Positions 15,180 to 24,739 of a stretch of DNA of 64,000 bases are shown here, piece by piece; position 1 is the first letter of the stretch; each line of letters opens with the position of its first letter. The stretch is from a virus (taxonomy: Duplodnaviria; Caudoviricetes): IMG/VR virus record IMGVR_UViG_3300032270_000543, positions 85,887 to 149,886 of that record, one strand, 5' to 3'. A program made the translations under genes and the position numbers. The notes beneath the pieces were generated by a model that saw only the letters and a program-made list of their open reading frames with translations, had not been told where the DNA came from and did not search any database.

Positions 15180-15497
15180 TTAGCGAGTCGAAACCCAGTT
15201 GAGAATCTGAAACAGTTCGGTGAGCGGGACGAATCCCTTGACTTCGGTGCGGTCCTTGAACGGGACGGGTTCGTTTTGCGGATCGTAGATTGCGATCTCT
15301 ACAGTGGCAGCGTACTCCATGTCTCCGAGCGGTGCGGTGATACGCTCACCGCGTTCGTTTGTACTGTACGCGAGTGCGCCATAGATCACACTTGCGGAGT
15401 ATCCGTTCGGAAACTTCAGTTTGAGTTGGTTGTGTTCGTGAAGTGTTTTCCCCTGTTGGGGGGTGTGGACGATCTTGATTCCGCCGATGGTTCCCAT
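15180..15497 (-). CDS. conserved phage hypothetical (FPNGYSASVI type)
   Basis: motif recognition; GGAGG SD. Confidence 0.7.
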   Translation of the reverse strand: MGTIGGIKIVHTPQQGKTLHEHNQLKLKFPNGYSASVIYGALAYSTNERGERITAPLGDMEYAATVEIAIYDPQNEPVPFKDRTEVKGFVPLTELFQILNWVSTR

Positions 15498-15509
15498 GTG
15501 CGCCTCCAA

Positions 15510-16859
15510 TTAGAACGGGCAAGCGTTGGGGTTGTCCGTCTTCGCCGCAGCAGGAGCGGCAGCGTCAGTGGTCTTCGGCTGCGCGTCCGCGTCCACCTTC
15601 GTGTACATCTGCGTGAACGCATCCTTCGTGGTCGGGTCGAACCGCGACACGCACCGCTCAATCGCGGTCATCTTGTCACCGAACACGGAGTACGCGAACA
15701 CGATGTCGCGCAGACGGCGCGTGGTGATGATCTCGCTCACCACCTGCTGCTTGAACGACTTGCGGATGATGTCCGCCCAAGTGACGAGGTTGTCAAGGAA
15801 CGCATCGTCCGTGACGCTGAGCGAGTCCGCGACCTTCTTGAGAATGCGCTTCTCGATCTTCGGGTCGGCGTAGTCCTGCTCGTAGGTGAACGCGAAACGG
15901 TCAAGGAACGCTTCGTTCAGGATGTTCGTGCCAGCGAAACGACCGTCATCGCTGCCCTTGCCCTTGGTGTTCGCAGTGGCGACCACGGTGAAGCCAGGCG
16001 CAGGGCGCACATACTTGCCGATCTTCGGGATGAACTTGCCCTTGCCTTCAAGCACGGACTGAAGGCACATGATGAGGTGACCACCGAGGTCGATCTCGTC
16101 AAGCAGCAGCACCGCACCGCGCTCCATCGCAACGAGAACGGGACCAGGCACGAAACGAGTCTCGCCACCGATCAGACGGAAACCGCCAAGCAGTTCGTCC
16201 TCATCGGTCGCAGCGGTGAAGTTCACGCGCACACACTCGCGCTTCAGCGAGGCGCACACCTGCTCCACCATCGTGGTCTTGCCGTTGCCGCTCAGACCCG
16301 TGATGAACACGGGGCAGAACCGCTTGGACTTGATGATGGACTTGATCTCGTTGTGGTAGCCCCACGGAATGTAGTTGTCGTCCGTGGACGGCGTGAACGA
16401 TTCGCTCTCGCCCTGCGTGATGGTACGCGCGAGTTCAGCCGCGTCCGTGCCAGCAGTGAGCGCAACCGCGCTGCACTCCTCAACAGCAGGAGCGTTCGCA
16501 GTCACGGCAGGAGCCGCAACAGTCTTCGGCTCCGCGATCTTGACGGTCTTCGCGGTCTTCGAACCCGCAGGGCGACCACGCTTCACTTCGGTGATCGTGA
16601 ACGCGGCATCGTCCGCGAAGAGTTCAGGCAGCGCGTACACGCCGCGACCGCACTTGCGGCTCTTATCCATGCACCACGCGGGCACAGCAGCGTAGCCAGC
16701 GGCGTGAGCCGCCTTGAACAGCGGCGAGAACGACACGGACTGCCCATTGCAGGTGGTCTTCGCGGTCAGACCGTTGGAGGCGAGGTGGTTGCGAACGGCG
16801 GAAACGAAAGCGAACTGCGTGGAGGTGAGGTTGAACATGGTCTTCATAGCGGTCTTCAT
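15510..16859 (-). CDS. MoxR/CobS-like AAA+ ATPase
   Basis: Walker A GLSGNGKT, Walker B LLLDEID, ATANTKGKG, NEAFLDRF; typical T4-like phage cobS family; ATG 7 nt after TATAAT. Confidence 0.93.
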   Translation of the reverse strand: MKTAMKTMFNLTSTQFAFVSAVRNHLASNGLTAKTTCNGQSVSFSPLFKAAHAAGYAAVPAWCMDKSRKCGRGVYALPELFADDAAFTITEVKRGRPAGSKTAKTVKIAEPKTVAAPAVTANAPAVEECSAVALTAGTDAAELARTITQGESESFTPSTDDNYIPWGYHNEIKSIIKSKRFCPVFITGLSGNGKTTMVEQVCASLKRECVRVNFTAATDEDELLGGFRLIGGETRFVPGPVLVAMERGAVLLLDEIDLGGHLIMCLQSVLEGKGKFIPKIGKYVRPAPGFTVVATANTKGKGSDDGRFAGTNILNEAFLDRFAFTYEQDYADPKIEKRILKKVADSLSVTDDAFLDNLVTWADIIRKSFKQQVVSEIITTRRLRDIVFAYSVFGDKMTAIERCVSRFDPTTKDAFTQMYTKVDADAQPKTTDAAAPAAAKTDNPNACPF

Positions 16860-16900
16860 GTGGTTCATTATACTGGAAACAGGCTTTATTTCAAGGCTTG

Positions 16901-16947
16901 CGGGGACAGCGCGTCCGATAATACTTGCTGTAAACCCTTGTGCAAGA
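16901..16947. promoter_or_regulatory. conserved upstream element (21-bp repeat + imperfect 11-7-11 palindrome)
   Basis: CGGGGACAGCGCGTCCGATAA is identical at 19408-19428; adjacent TGTAAACCCTT-N7-AGGAAGTTACG. Confidence 0.7.
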
Positions 16948-16981
16948 GGAAGTTACGAGGTGTTTGAAAAACTGCGGATTT

Positions 16982-19327
16982 TTAGACCGCGAGGTATTCT
17001 CCAATGTGGGACGCAACAGTGCGGAGCGCACCGTGCGCGATCTGCGTTTCCATGAACGCCTTCGCAAGCGAGTTGTTCGTCTTCGCGGTGTCCATCTTGG
17101 ACTCTGCCTTCGTGATGGCGTCCTGTGCGTTGCGCGAGATTTCGCCGTTCGCATCGCGGCTGAAACGATCAGCGTCCACGATGATGGCGGAATCCCAACC
17201 CCAAACATCGCCACGCAGGAAGCCGTCACGCTTCCACTCGTTGGTCTTGCAGACCATGCCGTAGTGCGAGGGTTCGATGCCACGGCGGCTGTAGCCCACC
17301 AGACCGATCCAATGCACCTTGGAGCCAGTGCGGCGGCGCAGGATGTCCACCGCAATCATGCACTGCGGGTGGCGCACGGTGTCGGGGATGCCGTTCGTGC
17401 CAAAGTTGAAGTAGCCCATGTGGCTGCGGTAGCCGTAGGCATCCTTGCCGTACTTCGTGACGCGGTTGAGGTCATACGCAGCGCCAGTGCGCTCGTCAGT
17501 GAGGACGACCGCGGTCTTGGACTCGCGGCGGTAGCCAGCCGAAGGGTTGAACTTGTGCCAGTTGAAATCAATGGCATCGGTCGGCTCACCGTCCGTCAGC
17601 ACCACGGTGTGGGCAATCTGAATGCGGCTACGCTTGATGAACGCCTCCACAAGATCAGCAGCGGCAACGAGCGCGGCAGTGGTGGGCGTACCATTGAGTC
17701 CGTAGCGGTAGTCGCACGAACCCATCTGGCGCCAGTTCCACAGGCAGGTCTTCGCCGCCTCGTAGTCCGCGCCGTTCATGCGCGAGGACAGCAGGTTCAT
17801 CATGGTAAGACCCTTCGTGGTGAGCAGCGCGTTCTGACGGCGTTCCACATCCTGCGTGTAGGCAGCATCGCGTTCAGCCTTGCCCTGCGCGGAGTAGCCG
17901 TCCTTCGTGGCAAAGTAGCCCATGTCGGAGAAAGCGTAAACTTCGAACGGAATGCCACACTTGCGGCAGAAGTCCGCGAGGATGAACAACTGACCCATCG
18001 TGGACTGCATGATGTTGCTCATGGAGGACGACCAGTCAAGCAGAATCACGATGCCGTGGTTCTTGCCGTCAGCCACGCGGGTGGTGCGGCGGAAGATGTC
18101 GTCCGTCCACTTGTACTGGTTCATGCGGAGGGTATCAAGCGAACCGCTCTTGGACACCGAGGTGCGGCGCCAGTTGTCAGCAGCCTTGCGGCGGTTGAAC
18201 GCGGTCGCCATCGTGGTGGACGCGGTGGTGTAGTCGGTGATGCGGATGGGCTGTGCCATGTAGCGGCTCATGCCAGACGAGCGCATATCCCCGAGGAACT
18301 GCGTGTAGTCCAACACCTTGCAGGACTGCGACAACTCCTTCGTGGTGACGCGCACAATCTCCTCAACTTCACCCATATCGCTCTTCGCAAACTCCTCAAG
18401 AGCCTTTTCGAGGTTCTGATTGGTCTGCGGAGCAATACCGCTGGTCATCTCGTTGGACGGCTTCTTCTTTTCCGCCTTGCCGTTGGCTTCGGACTCGCCC
18501 TGCGGCTCGTCTTCGGACGGCTCATCGCCAGCAGCAGCACCCTGCGACTCGCTCTCGCGCTCGTCACCCTCGCCGCTGCCGCCGTTGGAGCCACCCTCGT
18601 CCGACTGCTCCTGCGAATCGTCCGTACCACTAGCGTCCACTTCCGCGTCGCCGTCCTCGCCGTCTTCAGGAGTTTCCACCGACTGCGGCTCGTTCGACTG
18701 CTGCTGCTGCTTCGCCTTCTGCTCCTGCGCGTACACGATCATGTCCTGCGCGAGGGCGACAACTTCCGCCCAAGTAGCCACCGTTTCGCCACGGGTCACG
18801 AAAGCCGCCTCCTCCGTGGAGAAGCGGATCACCGTGCCAGCGTGAACGCCGCACTTGAAGTGCAGGTTGAAGCGGTCAGCAAAGATCATGCTGTTGGGAT
18901 TCGAAATATCGCCAAAGAACTCGCGCTCCATCAGCGTCTTGTACGCATTGATGAAGTCGCTCTTCAGACCACGGAACTTCGTCTGGATCATGCGCTCAAT
19001 GCGCGCGTCTTCCACGATGTTCAGGTACTGCTTCGCAGTGTTCTGATCGCAACCCGTGGCAGCAGCGATGGAGTCGATGCCCGTGCGCCAACCGTCAGCG
19101 GGGGTGAACAGGGCATGAGCCACTTCGTGACCCACAAGCATATCGTACAGCGAACCGCTGGCGTTGCTCCACATGGGGAGGTGCAGCGAACGGGTACGCA
19201 GGTCAAAGAACGCGGTGGGGATGTTCTGGTGAACCACCGAAATATTTTCAGTGGCAAGCAGACGCGCCAGCATGGACTTCGCGGCGTTGGGAGCGGACGG
19301 GGTAGTGGCAGAGAGGATCGGAACCAT
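16982..19327 (-). CDS. metallopeptidase-like (HExxH) + VWA domain protein, CobT-like partner of the AAA+ ATPase
   Basis: GHEVAHALFT, NIVEDARIE, acidic linker, MIDAS DWSSSM, NGTP, LTDGE; ATG 6 nt after TACAAT. Confidence 0.9.
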   Translation of the reverse strand: MVPILSATTPSAPNAAKSMLARLLATENISVVHQNIPTAFFDLRTRSLHLPMWSNASGSLYDMLVGHEVAHALFTPADGWRTGIDSIAAATGCDQNTAKQYLNIVEDARIERMIQTKFRGLKSDFINAYKTLMEREFFGDISNPNSMIFADRFNLHFKCGVHAGTVIRFSTEEAAFVTRGETVATWAEVVALAQDMIVYAQEQKAKQQQQSNEPQSVETPEDGEDGDAEVDASGTDDSQEQSDEGGSNGGSGEGDERESESQGAAAGDEPSEDEPQGESEANGKAEKKKPSNEMTSGIAPQTNQNLEKALEEFAKSDMGEVEEIVRVTTKELSQSCKVLDYTQFLGDMRSSGMSRYMAQPIRITDYTTASTTMATAFNRRKAADNWRRTSVSKSGSLDTLRMNQYKWTDDIFRRTTRVADGKNHGIVILLDWSSSMSNIMQSTMGQLFILADFCRKCGIPFEVYAFSDMGYFATKDGYSAQGKAERDAAYTQDVERRQNALLTTKGLTMMNLLSSRMNGADYEAAKTCLWNWRQMGSCDYRYGLNGTPTTAALVAAADLVEAFIKRSRIQIAHTVVLTDGEPTDAIDFNWHKFNPSAGYRRESKTAVVLTDERTGAAYDLNRVTKYGKDAYGYRSHMGYFNFGTNGIPDTVRHPQCMIAVDILRRRTGSKVHWIGLVGYSRRGIEPSHYGMVCKTNEWKRDGFLRGDVWGWDSAIIVDADRFSRDANGEISRNAQDAITKAESKMDTAKTNNSLAKAFMETQIAHGALRTVASHIGEYLAV

Positions 19328-19380
19328 GCCCCAATTGTACTGGAAAATAGGGGTTTTCGCAACCGCTACCCGTATATTTT

Positions 19381-19428
19381 CGTAAACCCTTGGGATATAA
19401 GGACTTACGGGGACAGCGCGTCCGATAA
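19381..19428. promoter_or_regulatory. second copy of the upstream element
   Basis: CGTAAACCCTT-N7-AAGGACTTACG overlapping CGGGGACAGCGCGTCCGATAA. Confidence 0.7.
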
Positions 19429-19610
19429 CCTTGCGGACAGCCCCATTTTTCAATGGGCACGCGCCTGCACGCGCGGCACGCACTGGTGTCGAGAGCCGCG
19501 CACTGCACCCATTACGCGCAACCCCTTAACTCCTCAACACGCACCGCTCCCCAGCAGCCCGCAGGCAGCCCATATTTGAATGCGTTTGAAATGATTCCAC
19601 ACCACTATTC

Positions 19611-19638
19611 TTGACGGATTGGCGTGGTAGACTAGACT
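19611..19638 (+). promoter_or_regulatory. sigma70-type promoter at the strand switch
   Basis: TTGACG-16nt-TAGACT; GAGGAG SD downstream. Confidence 0.6.
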
Positions 19639-19671
19639 ACCTATTAGTAGCACCTAACCCGAGGAGTTCCA

Positions 19672-20091
19672 ATGGCTTACATGAACAACCCCCGAGTACA
19701 GCACTTTCTCAAGACCGTCCGCTCACAGTGCAAGAAGTGCAATGTGCGGTTTACCCTGTCCAGTGGGTACGAGGTGAACGGGGGCGGTGAACGCTGCCAA
19801 GGATATTTCACAGAACCGTGGCACTCCCGTGGGCATCAGGGCGAACTGCGGGTAGCCATTGGCGGTCGCCGCACTTCCGACTGGCTGTACACCCTTGCCC
19901 ATGAGTACGCCCACTTTCTACAGTGGATGCGTGACGATCCCATCTGGGGTGAAAAGGACTATGTGACCCTAGAGAAGCAGACGGAGCGCGAGGCTCTAGA
20001 ACTGTGCAAGACTTTTAAATTGCCCATTCCGCGCCGTGTACTGCTGAAGGAACACCGCAAGTACATGAGGAAACTTGCACGGGAATGCTGA
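19672..20091 (+). CDS. zinc metallopeptidase-like protein (ImmA/IrrE-like HExxH)
   Basis: TLAHEYAHFLQ...E.EA. Confidence 0.75.
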   Translation: MAYMNNPRVQHFLKTVRSQCKKCNVRFTLSSGYEVNGGGERCQGYFTEPWHSRGHQGELRVAIGGRRTSDWLYTLAHEYAHFLQWMRDDPIWGEKDYVTLEKQTEREALELCKTFKLPIPRRVLLKEHRKYMRKLAREC

Positions 20092-20115
20092 TACATAGGT
20101 GTAGGAGACTACACT

Positions 20116-20400
20116 ATGCCCACCTATGAGTACCAGTGCAAGCGGTGCAAACACGCTTTCGAAGACATTCAGAAAATCGCAGACCGTGACGCGCCGTGCA
20201 GTGCACCGTGCCCACAGTGTGGGAAGCGTGGTGTGGAGCGCGGGATCAGCGTACCAGTGATGGGCGCGGATGCCACGGCGGGACCAGGTGCAGACTTTAA
20301 AGAACTCACGCGCAAAATGAGCGCGGGTCTGCCCAAGCGTTACCGTGAAAATTTGGATCGCGCAGCCTCCCTGCGTGGTCGCAAGTACGGACCCCAATAA
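20116..20400 (+). CDS. FmdB-family zinc-ribbon protein
   Basis: MPTYEYQCKRC...F...CPQCG. Confidence 0.9.
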   Translation: MPTYEYQCKRCKHAFEDIQKIADRDAPCSAPCPQCGKRGVERGISVPVMGADATAGPGADFKELTRKMSAGLPKRYRENLDRAASLRGRKYGPQ

Positions 20401-20575
20401 ACACCACCACACACGCACCCCCATTATTTCACCCATTCCCAATGGTGGGGCAAAGTGTACCAGTGTGGGGCATAATTCTCAAATATTACGCACAATCCCT
20501 CACCAGACACTCCAAATGCGGTTTCCGTCCACCACACCACTCTCAACGGTTTTCTACATAGTGTGGAGACTGCCC

Positions 20576-20779
20576 ATGATGAAGTTTACCCATTTCCTCT
20601 CGTCCCTCGCTGAAGCCACCACCATACAACGGGTGGCGCGTACCCTGTTCCCACGCAGCACACAGCGTAAAATAGAACAGCGTCAAGCAGCACGGGGCTG
20701 GGCAGCAGTCCGCCGCGCACAGGAAAAGAAACTAGCCGCATACGAAGCCCGCAAAGCCGCACGAAAGGCACAGCCATGA
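20576..20779 (+). CDS. small basic internal-head-type protein
   Basis: N-terminus MMKFTHFLSSLAE; CTACATA motif upstream. Confidence 0.6.
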   Translation: MMKFTHFLSSLAEATTIQRVARTLFPRSTQRKIEQRQAARGWAAVRRAQEKKLAAYEARKAARKAQP

Positions 20780-21321
20780 AACCATTTCTTGACCCGTTTC
20801 CGTTCCGTAATCCCGAAAACCGCAGCGATCTGGCAGCGGTAATTGCTGAAATCACAACGGAAAAGACTCCTGCTCCCATTCCGCCAAGCAAGGCTGGCAC
20901 ACGGTACGACAAGTACGGGGACAAGTTCGCCAAGAAGAGCGTACCCACAAAGGCGAACCCCACCACTCCCCGCGTGAGCGAACCCCTGAAGACCGAAAGC
21001 GTGGTGGCTGAATCCCACTCCCGCGCTGCACTGGAGCGACTGTCCACCACCGAACTGCGGGAATTGAAAAAGAAGTACGAGCGGCTGGTGCTGCGGGGCG
21101 ACCGCAAGGCTTCCGAAGAACTGGCAACCATTCGTGGTCTGCTCCGTAGCAAGGGCGGCGGACACGCACTGGACGAAGCCGCAACCCCATGCGAACGCGC
21201 TGCACTGGCGCGGCTGAAGAGCGCAAACACCGCCGACCTACAGGACGCGCCTGGTGCAGCAGGTGAGCGGGCACACGCGCGGCTCCACAAGACCATTGGT
21301 AAAGTGCTGAAGAGTAAATAA
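20776..21321 (+). CDS. internal-head-type protein
   Basis: ATGA-coupled; IAE/VAE/LDE sites; terminator at ~21348-21372. Confidence 0.65.
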   Translation: MKPFLDPFPFRNPENRSDLAAVIAEITTEKTPAPIPPSKAGTRYDKYGDKFAKKSVPTKANPTTPRVSEPLKTESVVAESHSRAALERLSTTELRELKKKYERLVLRGDRKASEELATIRGLLRSKGGGHALDEAATPCERAALARLKSANTADLQDAPGAAGERAHARLHKTIGKVLKSK

Positions 21322-21386
21322 ATGCAGTCCACCTTGGCAAACGATCAGCCCCCGCAAGGGGGTTTTTCTTTTGGCTAAATAAGTGC

Positions 21387-22112
21387 ATGAAGCCATTCCG
21401 CCAGTACATCACCGAGCGTCTTGCCATTGAGGACAACCCCAATGCGTACACGCCACCCGCTACGAGTGGAGCGCGTAGTCGTGCAGACATTGCGTACGAG
21501 CGGCGGCAAGCACGGCTTTACGGTGGAGTCATGGCACGGGTAGCCGCAAAGGCTCTTGCAAAGTCGCAAGCACAGCACCGCACACAGGCGGCGCGTCAGC
21601 CGTTTCCGTGGAGCGGTGGAGGCTACAACATGAAGCCAGGCTGGTGGCATCCCACCAAGCAGTGGTTCCTGTTCACCCGCGACTACCATGTCACGCAGAT
21701 TGTAAAGAATCCACGGGCATTCGGCATCTCCACCGCAGAACTGAATGGGGGACTGCTGAAGGAAGCAGAGCATTTGGTGTCGCGCCACATGAATTGGTAT
21801 GACAGCGAAGGCACTCCACAGGCACACACAGCCGAAAGTGTGCGCGACAGCATTTTGAAGACGGACATTGATCTGGCTTATGAAGTGCAGCGCGTGGCGT
21901 ACATGAAGGGCTGGCTGAAGGTGTACTCAGGAAGCGCACGAAATTCACCGTCACTGGAAGGCATCAACGGCGACTCCATTCGTGCAGCACTGCGCGAGAT
22001 CAGCGAGAGCGGTGGCAACTTCAACACAGTCGTGGTGGAGCGCGTTGGACTGAATCGCGGACTATCGGATTTCAAGCGGTACAATCCAAACGAGTGGAGA
22101 ACCGTGTCGTGA
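21387..22112 (+). CDS. internal-head-type protein of unknown function
   Basis: N-terminus MKPFRQYITE; CTAAATA at 21375-21381. Confidence 0.75.
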   Translation: MKPFRQYITERLAIEDNPNAYTPPATSGARSRADIAYERRQARLYGGVMARVAAKALAKSQAQHRTQAARQPFPWSGGGYNMKPGWWHPTKQWFLFTRDYHVTQIVKNPRAFGISTAELNGGLLKEAEHLVSRHMNWYDSEGTPQAHTAESVRDSILKTDIDLAYEVQRVAYMKGWLKVYSGSARNSPSLEGINGDSIRAALREISESGGNFNTVVVERVGLNRGLSDFKRYNPNEWRTVS

Positions 22113-22621
22113 AGTCGTTTCGCGTCCACATCACAGAATACTTTTTTCGTGGTGCAAATCCCACGGTGGATCTTGTGGTGTTTCGTGAAGGCGCGAACGG
22201 AAAAGAACTGCTGCTCATCAAGCGCAAGACTGGCAGCGTGGAAGGCGGCAAGTGGGCAATCCCTGGTGGCTTCATCAACACCACGGCACAGCGCGGAGAA
22301 GAGTGGAAGGGTGGGGCGGAATCGCCTCTGCAAGCAGCGGTTCGTGAATTGGAAGAAGAAACAGGACTGCGACTCACCCCTGCACAGCAGCGAATGATAA
22401 AGCATATCGGAGTTTTCGAGGGTGGTGGACGCGATCCACGCGACAGTGCAGAATCGTGGTCGCGCTCCCATGCGTTCACCGTTACGCTTCCGAAGGGCTT
22501 CAATCCACGGGTTCGCGGTGCAGATGATGCAAGCGCAGCAGAGTGGTTTCCCGTGAACAAAATGCCTCAACTTGCATTCGATCACTCTGAAATAGTAAAA
22601 CGCGCAAGGAAAATCGCATGA
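22109..22621 (+). CDS. Nudix hydrolase (ADP-ribose pyrophosphatase-like) with capsid-targeting-like leader
   Basis: WAIPGG...AAVRELEEETGL Nudix box, RDPR, GADDA, LAFDH as in NadM-Nudix/NrtR-type domains; GTG start MKSFRVHITE. Confidence 0.88.
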   Translation: MKSFRVHITEYFFRGANPTVDLVVFREGANGKELLLIKRKTGSVEGGKWAIPGGFINTTAQRGEEWKGGAESPLQAAVRELEEETGLRLTPAQQRMIKHIGVFEGGGRDPRDSAESWSRSHAFTVTLPKGFNPRVRGADDASAAEWFPVNKMPQLAFDHSEIVKRARKIA

Positions 22622-23190
22622 AGTCTTTTACTCAACATCTACGCGAAGCCGTGATCTCCAAGACCAAAGCCGTAAAGGGCGCACGGAAGCCACGCGGCTA
22701 CAAGAAGACCGCAGAGAAGACTCTTGAAAAGTTGCGTGCTGAAACCACATGGGACGGCAAGAACTACGCTGCATACGATTCAACAGGGCACGACAACCCT
22801 GCGCCGCACTGGTTGGAGAAGTGGGGACTGCCGCCCACAACCGATGTACAGACGCTGCGCGGCTACTTGCCGCTGCTGTGGTGGTGGGACAACGGCAAGA
22901 TCGTGGTGTACGAGATTCCACCTGATGCCGATGCGCTTGGTGCCATGCACGGTGATCTGCCTGAATACCTTACTGCTGCAAAGAAGGCACGACACGCAAG
23001 CGGCATGACTGACTATCAGGGTCGCGTGGATCGCTTCCGCAAAACTGTATCGCTCATCTCTGCGGCAACAGGACAGAATCTCCTGCGTGATCGCGCACTT
23101 CAGCGCGGCAAGAACCGCGTCATCAACAATCTGGCGCGTATGTTCCCAGGCTACACGGTGATCGACATGGATACGGAGGGTGCAATATGA
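22618..23190 (+). CDS. internal-head-type protein of unknown function
   Basis: N-terminus MKSFTQHLRE; ATGA-coupled. Confidence 0.75.
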   Translation: MKSFTQHLREAVISKTKAVKGARKPRGYKKTAEKTLEKLRAETTWDGKNYAAYDSTGHDNPAPHWLEKWGLPPTTDVQTLRGYLPLLWWWDNGKIVVYEIPPDADALGAMHGDLPEYLTAAKKARHASGMTDYQGRVDRFRKTVSLISAATGQNLLRDRALQRGKNRVINNLARMFPGYTVIDMDTEGAI

Positions 23191-23996
23191 AGCGATTCGT
23201 GCAACACATGGACGAAAAGTGGTCGCAGAAATACAAGCGGTCAATTAATTGTTCACATCCCAAGGGATTCTCGCAACGAGCGCACTGCCAAGGACGCAAG
23301 ATCCACGAAGGCTCACATGACTTCAAGGATTTCAAAGATCCGTGGGCTGTGATGTCACCTGAAGACCGCAAAGAAGCAAATCGCCTGACAATCAAGATCC
23401 TGAAAACCATGCCCGCTTCACCACGGCAGCGAGAACTGCAAGCCAAGCGAGATGCAATTTTGAAGAAGTACGGGATTGGTCAGAAGAAAACCGTGAAAGA
23501 AGGCGTGGAACAAGGCGACACACCGCAGCCCAAACCCGAGTACTTTCGTAAGCCGTTCAACATCAGCGGCAAGATTGTGCAGTTGCATCCTGTGTTTGAT
23601 ATTCCCGTGAAGACCAAGAAGTACAGGAACACGCGCTTCCGCATTGGAGAACGAGATGGGAAGAGTCCGTATGTGGATACTCCTGGTCAGAAAGCGTATG
23701 ATGCCAAGATGAGCGTGTGGCGATGGCGTGTTCGCATTCAGACTGATGAAGGCTGGATGCTCATGGGCTACATTGGCACATCGGATCGCAAGGAAGGGTT
23801 GCCGCCCATTCGCTTGGGTGACACCGTTGAAGTCACTAATTTGAAGTTGTCGCAGATGACAGGCGGAAATCAGATGACCTACGCTGATTCGTGGGTAAAG
23901 GGCGGCTACACCACATACACGGACAAGGCTGTGGACTACCGCTCCGAAATTTTCTCTCGTCAACTGCACGGAAAGGTGAAGCGTAAAGCCGTATGA
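23187..23996 (+). CDS. modular internal-head-type protein
   Basis: MKRFVQHMDE then KWSQKYKRSINC..PKGFSQRAHC module; IHE and VKE junctions. Confidence 0.75.
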   Translation: MKRFVQHMDEKWSQKYKRSINCSHPKGFSQRAHCQGRKIHEGSHDFKDFKDPWAVMSPEDRKEANRLTIKILKTMPASPRQRELQAKRDAILKKYGIGQKKTVKEGVEQGDTPQPKPEYFRKPFNISGKIVQLHPVFDIPVKTKKYRNTRFRIGERDGKSPYVDTPGQKAYDAKMSVWRWRVRIQTDEGWMLMGYIGTSDRKEGLPPIRLGDTVEVTNLKLSQMTGGNQMTYADSWVKGGYTTYTDKAVDYRSEIFSRQLHGKVKRKAV

Positions 23997-24739
23997 TAGA
24001 CTTCCGTTCATATCTCACCGAACTGTTTGACACAAAGTTTTCCCTGCACAGCATGGGCTACAACCAATTCATTTTTCATGTGCAGGAAAAAGACGGTCGC
24101 TTGATGCCTGTTCCTGATCGTGGAAGCAAACTCACGCAGTGGGTGGAAACGGAATTGGGAGTCACGCCAGAGAATCACTTTGACAGTCTGCATAAGTTCT
24201 ACACAAAAAAAGCAAGAGTGTATGTGTACTCGGTGGAGTTTACTCCACTTGTGCAGATCCGAAACGAATACCCTGAATTTTTGCTGTTCTACGGTTTGGA
24301 GCCTGACGGCATCTACGAGTTGTCGTTTTCTCGCCACGCAACATCGCTTGAGCGTATGCCGCCTCGTCCGTATCCAGTTGGCTCAAAACCCAAAGACATC
24401 AGCAAGTTCTATTGGAAATTTGATAGCGGCGGCACGGACGAAGACCTGAACTGGTTGAGTACAGGCGGCGCGGCTTCCGTGCTTGGCGCGGTGGTGGACG
24501 CTTCGCGTGAATTCGTCAAGAACAACCATCCCGTTCGCGGAATCATCATTGGAACCAAGACCAGTGCCAATCCTGCGCGTGGTCGCATCTACAAAGCACT
24601 TGCGCGTAAAGCAGCCGCCGCAGTGGGCGGCACGGTGCATGAGTTGGACATTGCGCGTGAGGGCATGGCAGCACCCACCATTGTTTGGTTGGACAAACAG
24701 CACAAGTTTGGTGAGTTGTATCAGGGAGGTAAAGCGTGA
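23993..24739 (+). CDS. internal-head-type protein (domain shared with the N-terminus of the next gene)
   Basis: MIDFRSYLTELFD; VLGAV..EF...K...RGRIYK pattern. Confidence 0.75.
   Translation: MIDFRSYLTELFDTKFSLHSMGYNQFIFHVQEKDGRLMPVPDRGSKLTQWVETELGVTPENHFDSLHKFYTKKARVYVYSVEFTPLVQIRNEYPEFLLFYGLEPDGIYELSFSRHATSLERMPPRPYPVGSKPKDISKFYWKFDSGGTDEDLNWLSTGGAASVLGAVVDASREFVKNNHPVRGIIIGTKTSANPARGRIYKALARKAAAAVGGTVHELDIAREGMAAPTIVWLDKQHKFGELYQGGKA

Noticed and set aside
15510-16859. cobS as a cobalamin-biosynthesis auxiliary gene
   Set aside because: This is the MoxR-type AAA+ common in T4-like phages, paired with a peptidase-VWA protein; no cobN or other cob genes are seen.
15159-19579. Very long + strand ORFs (602 aa and 879 aa)
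   Set aside because: They are antisense shadows of the strongly codon-biased AAA+ and VWA genes, with no motifs or RBS.
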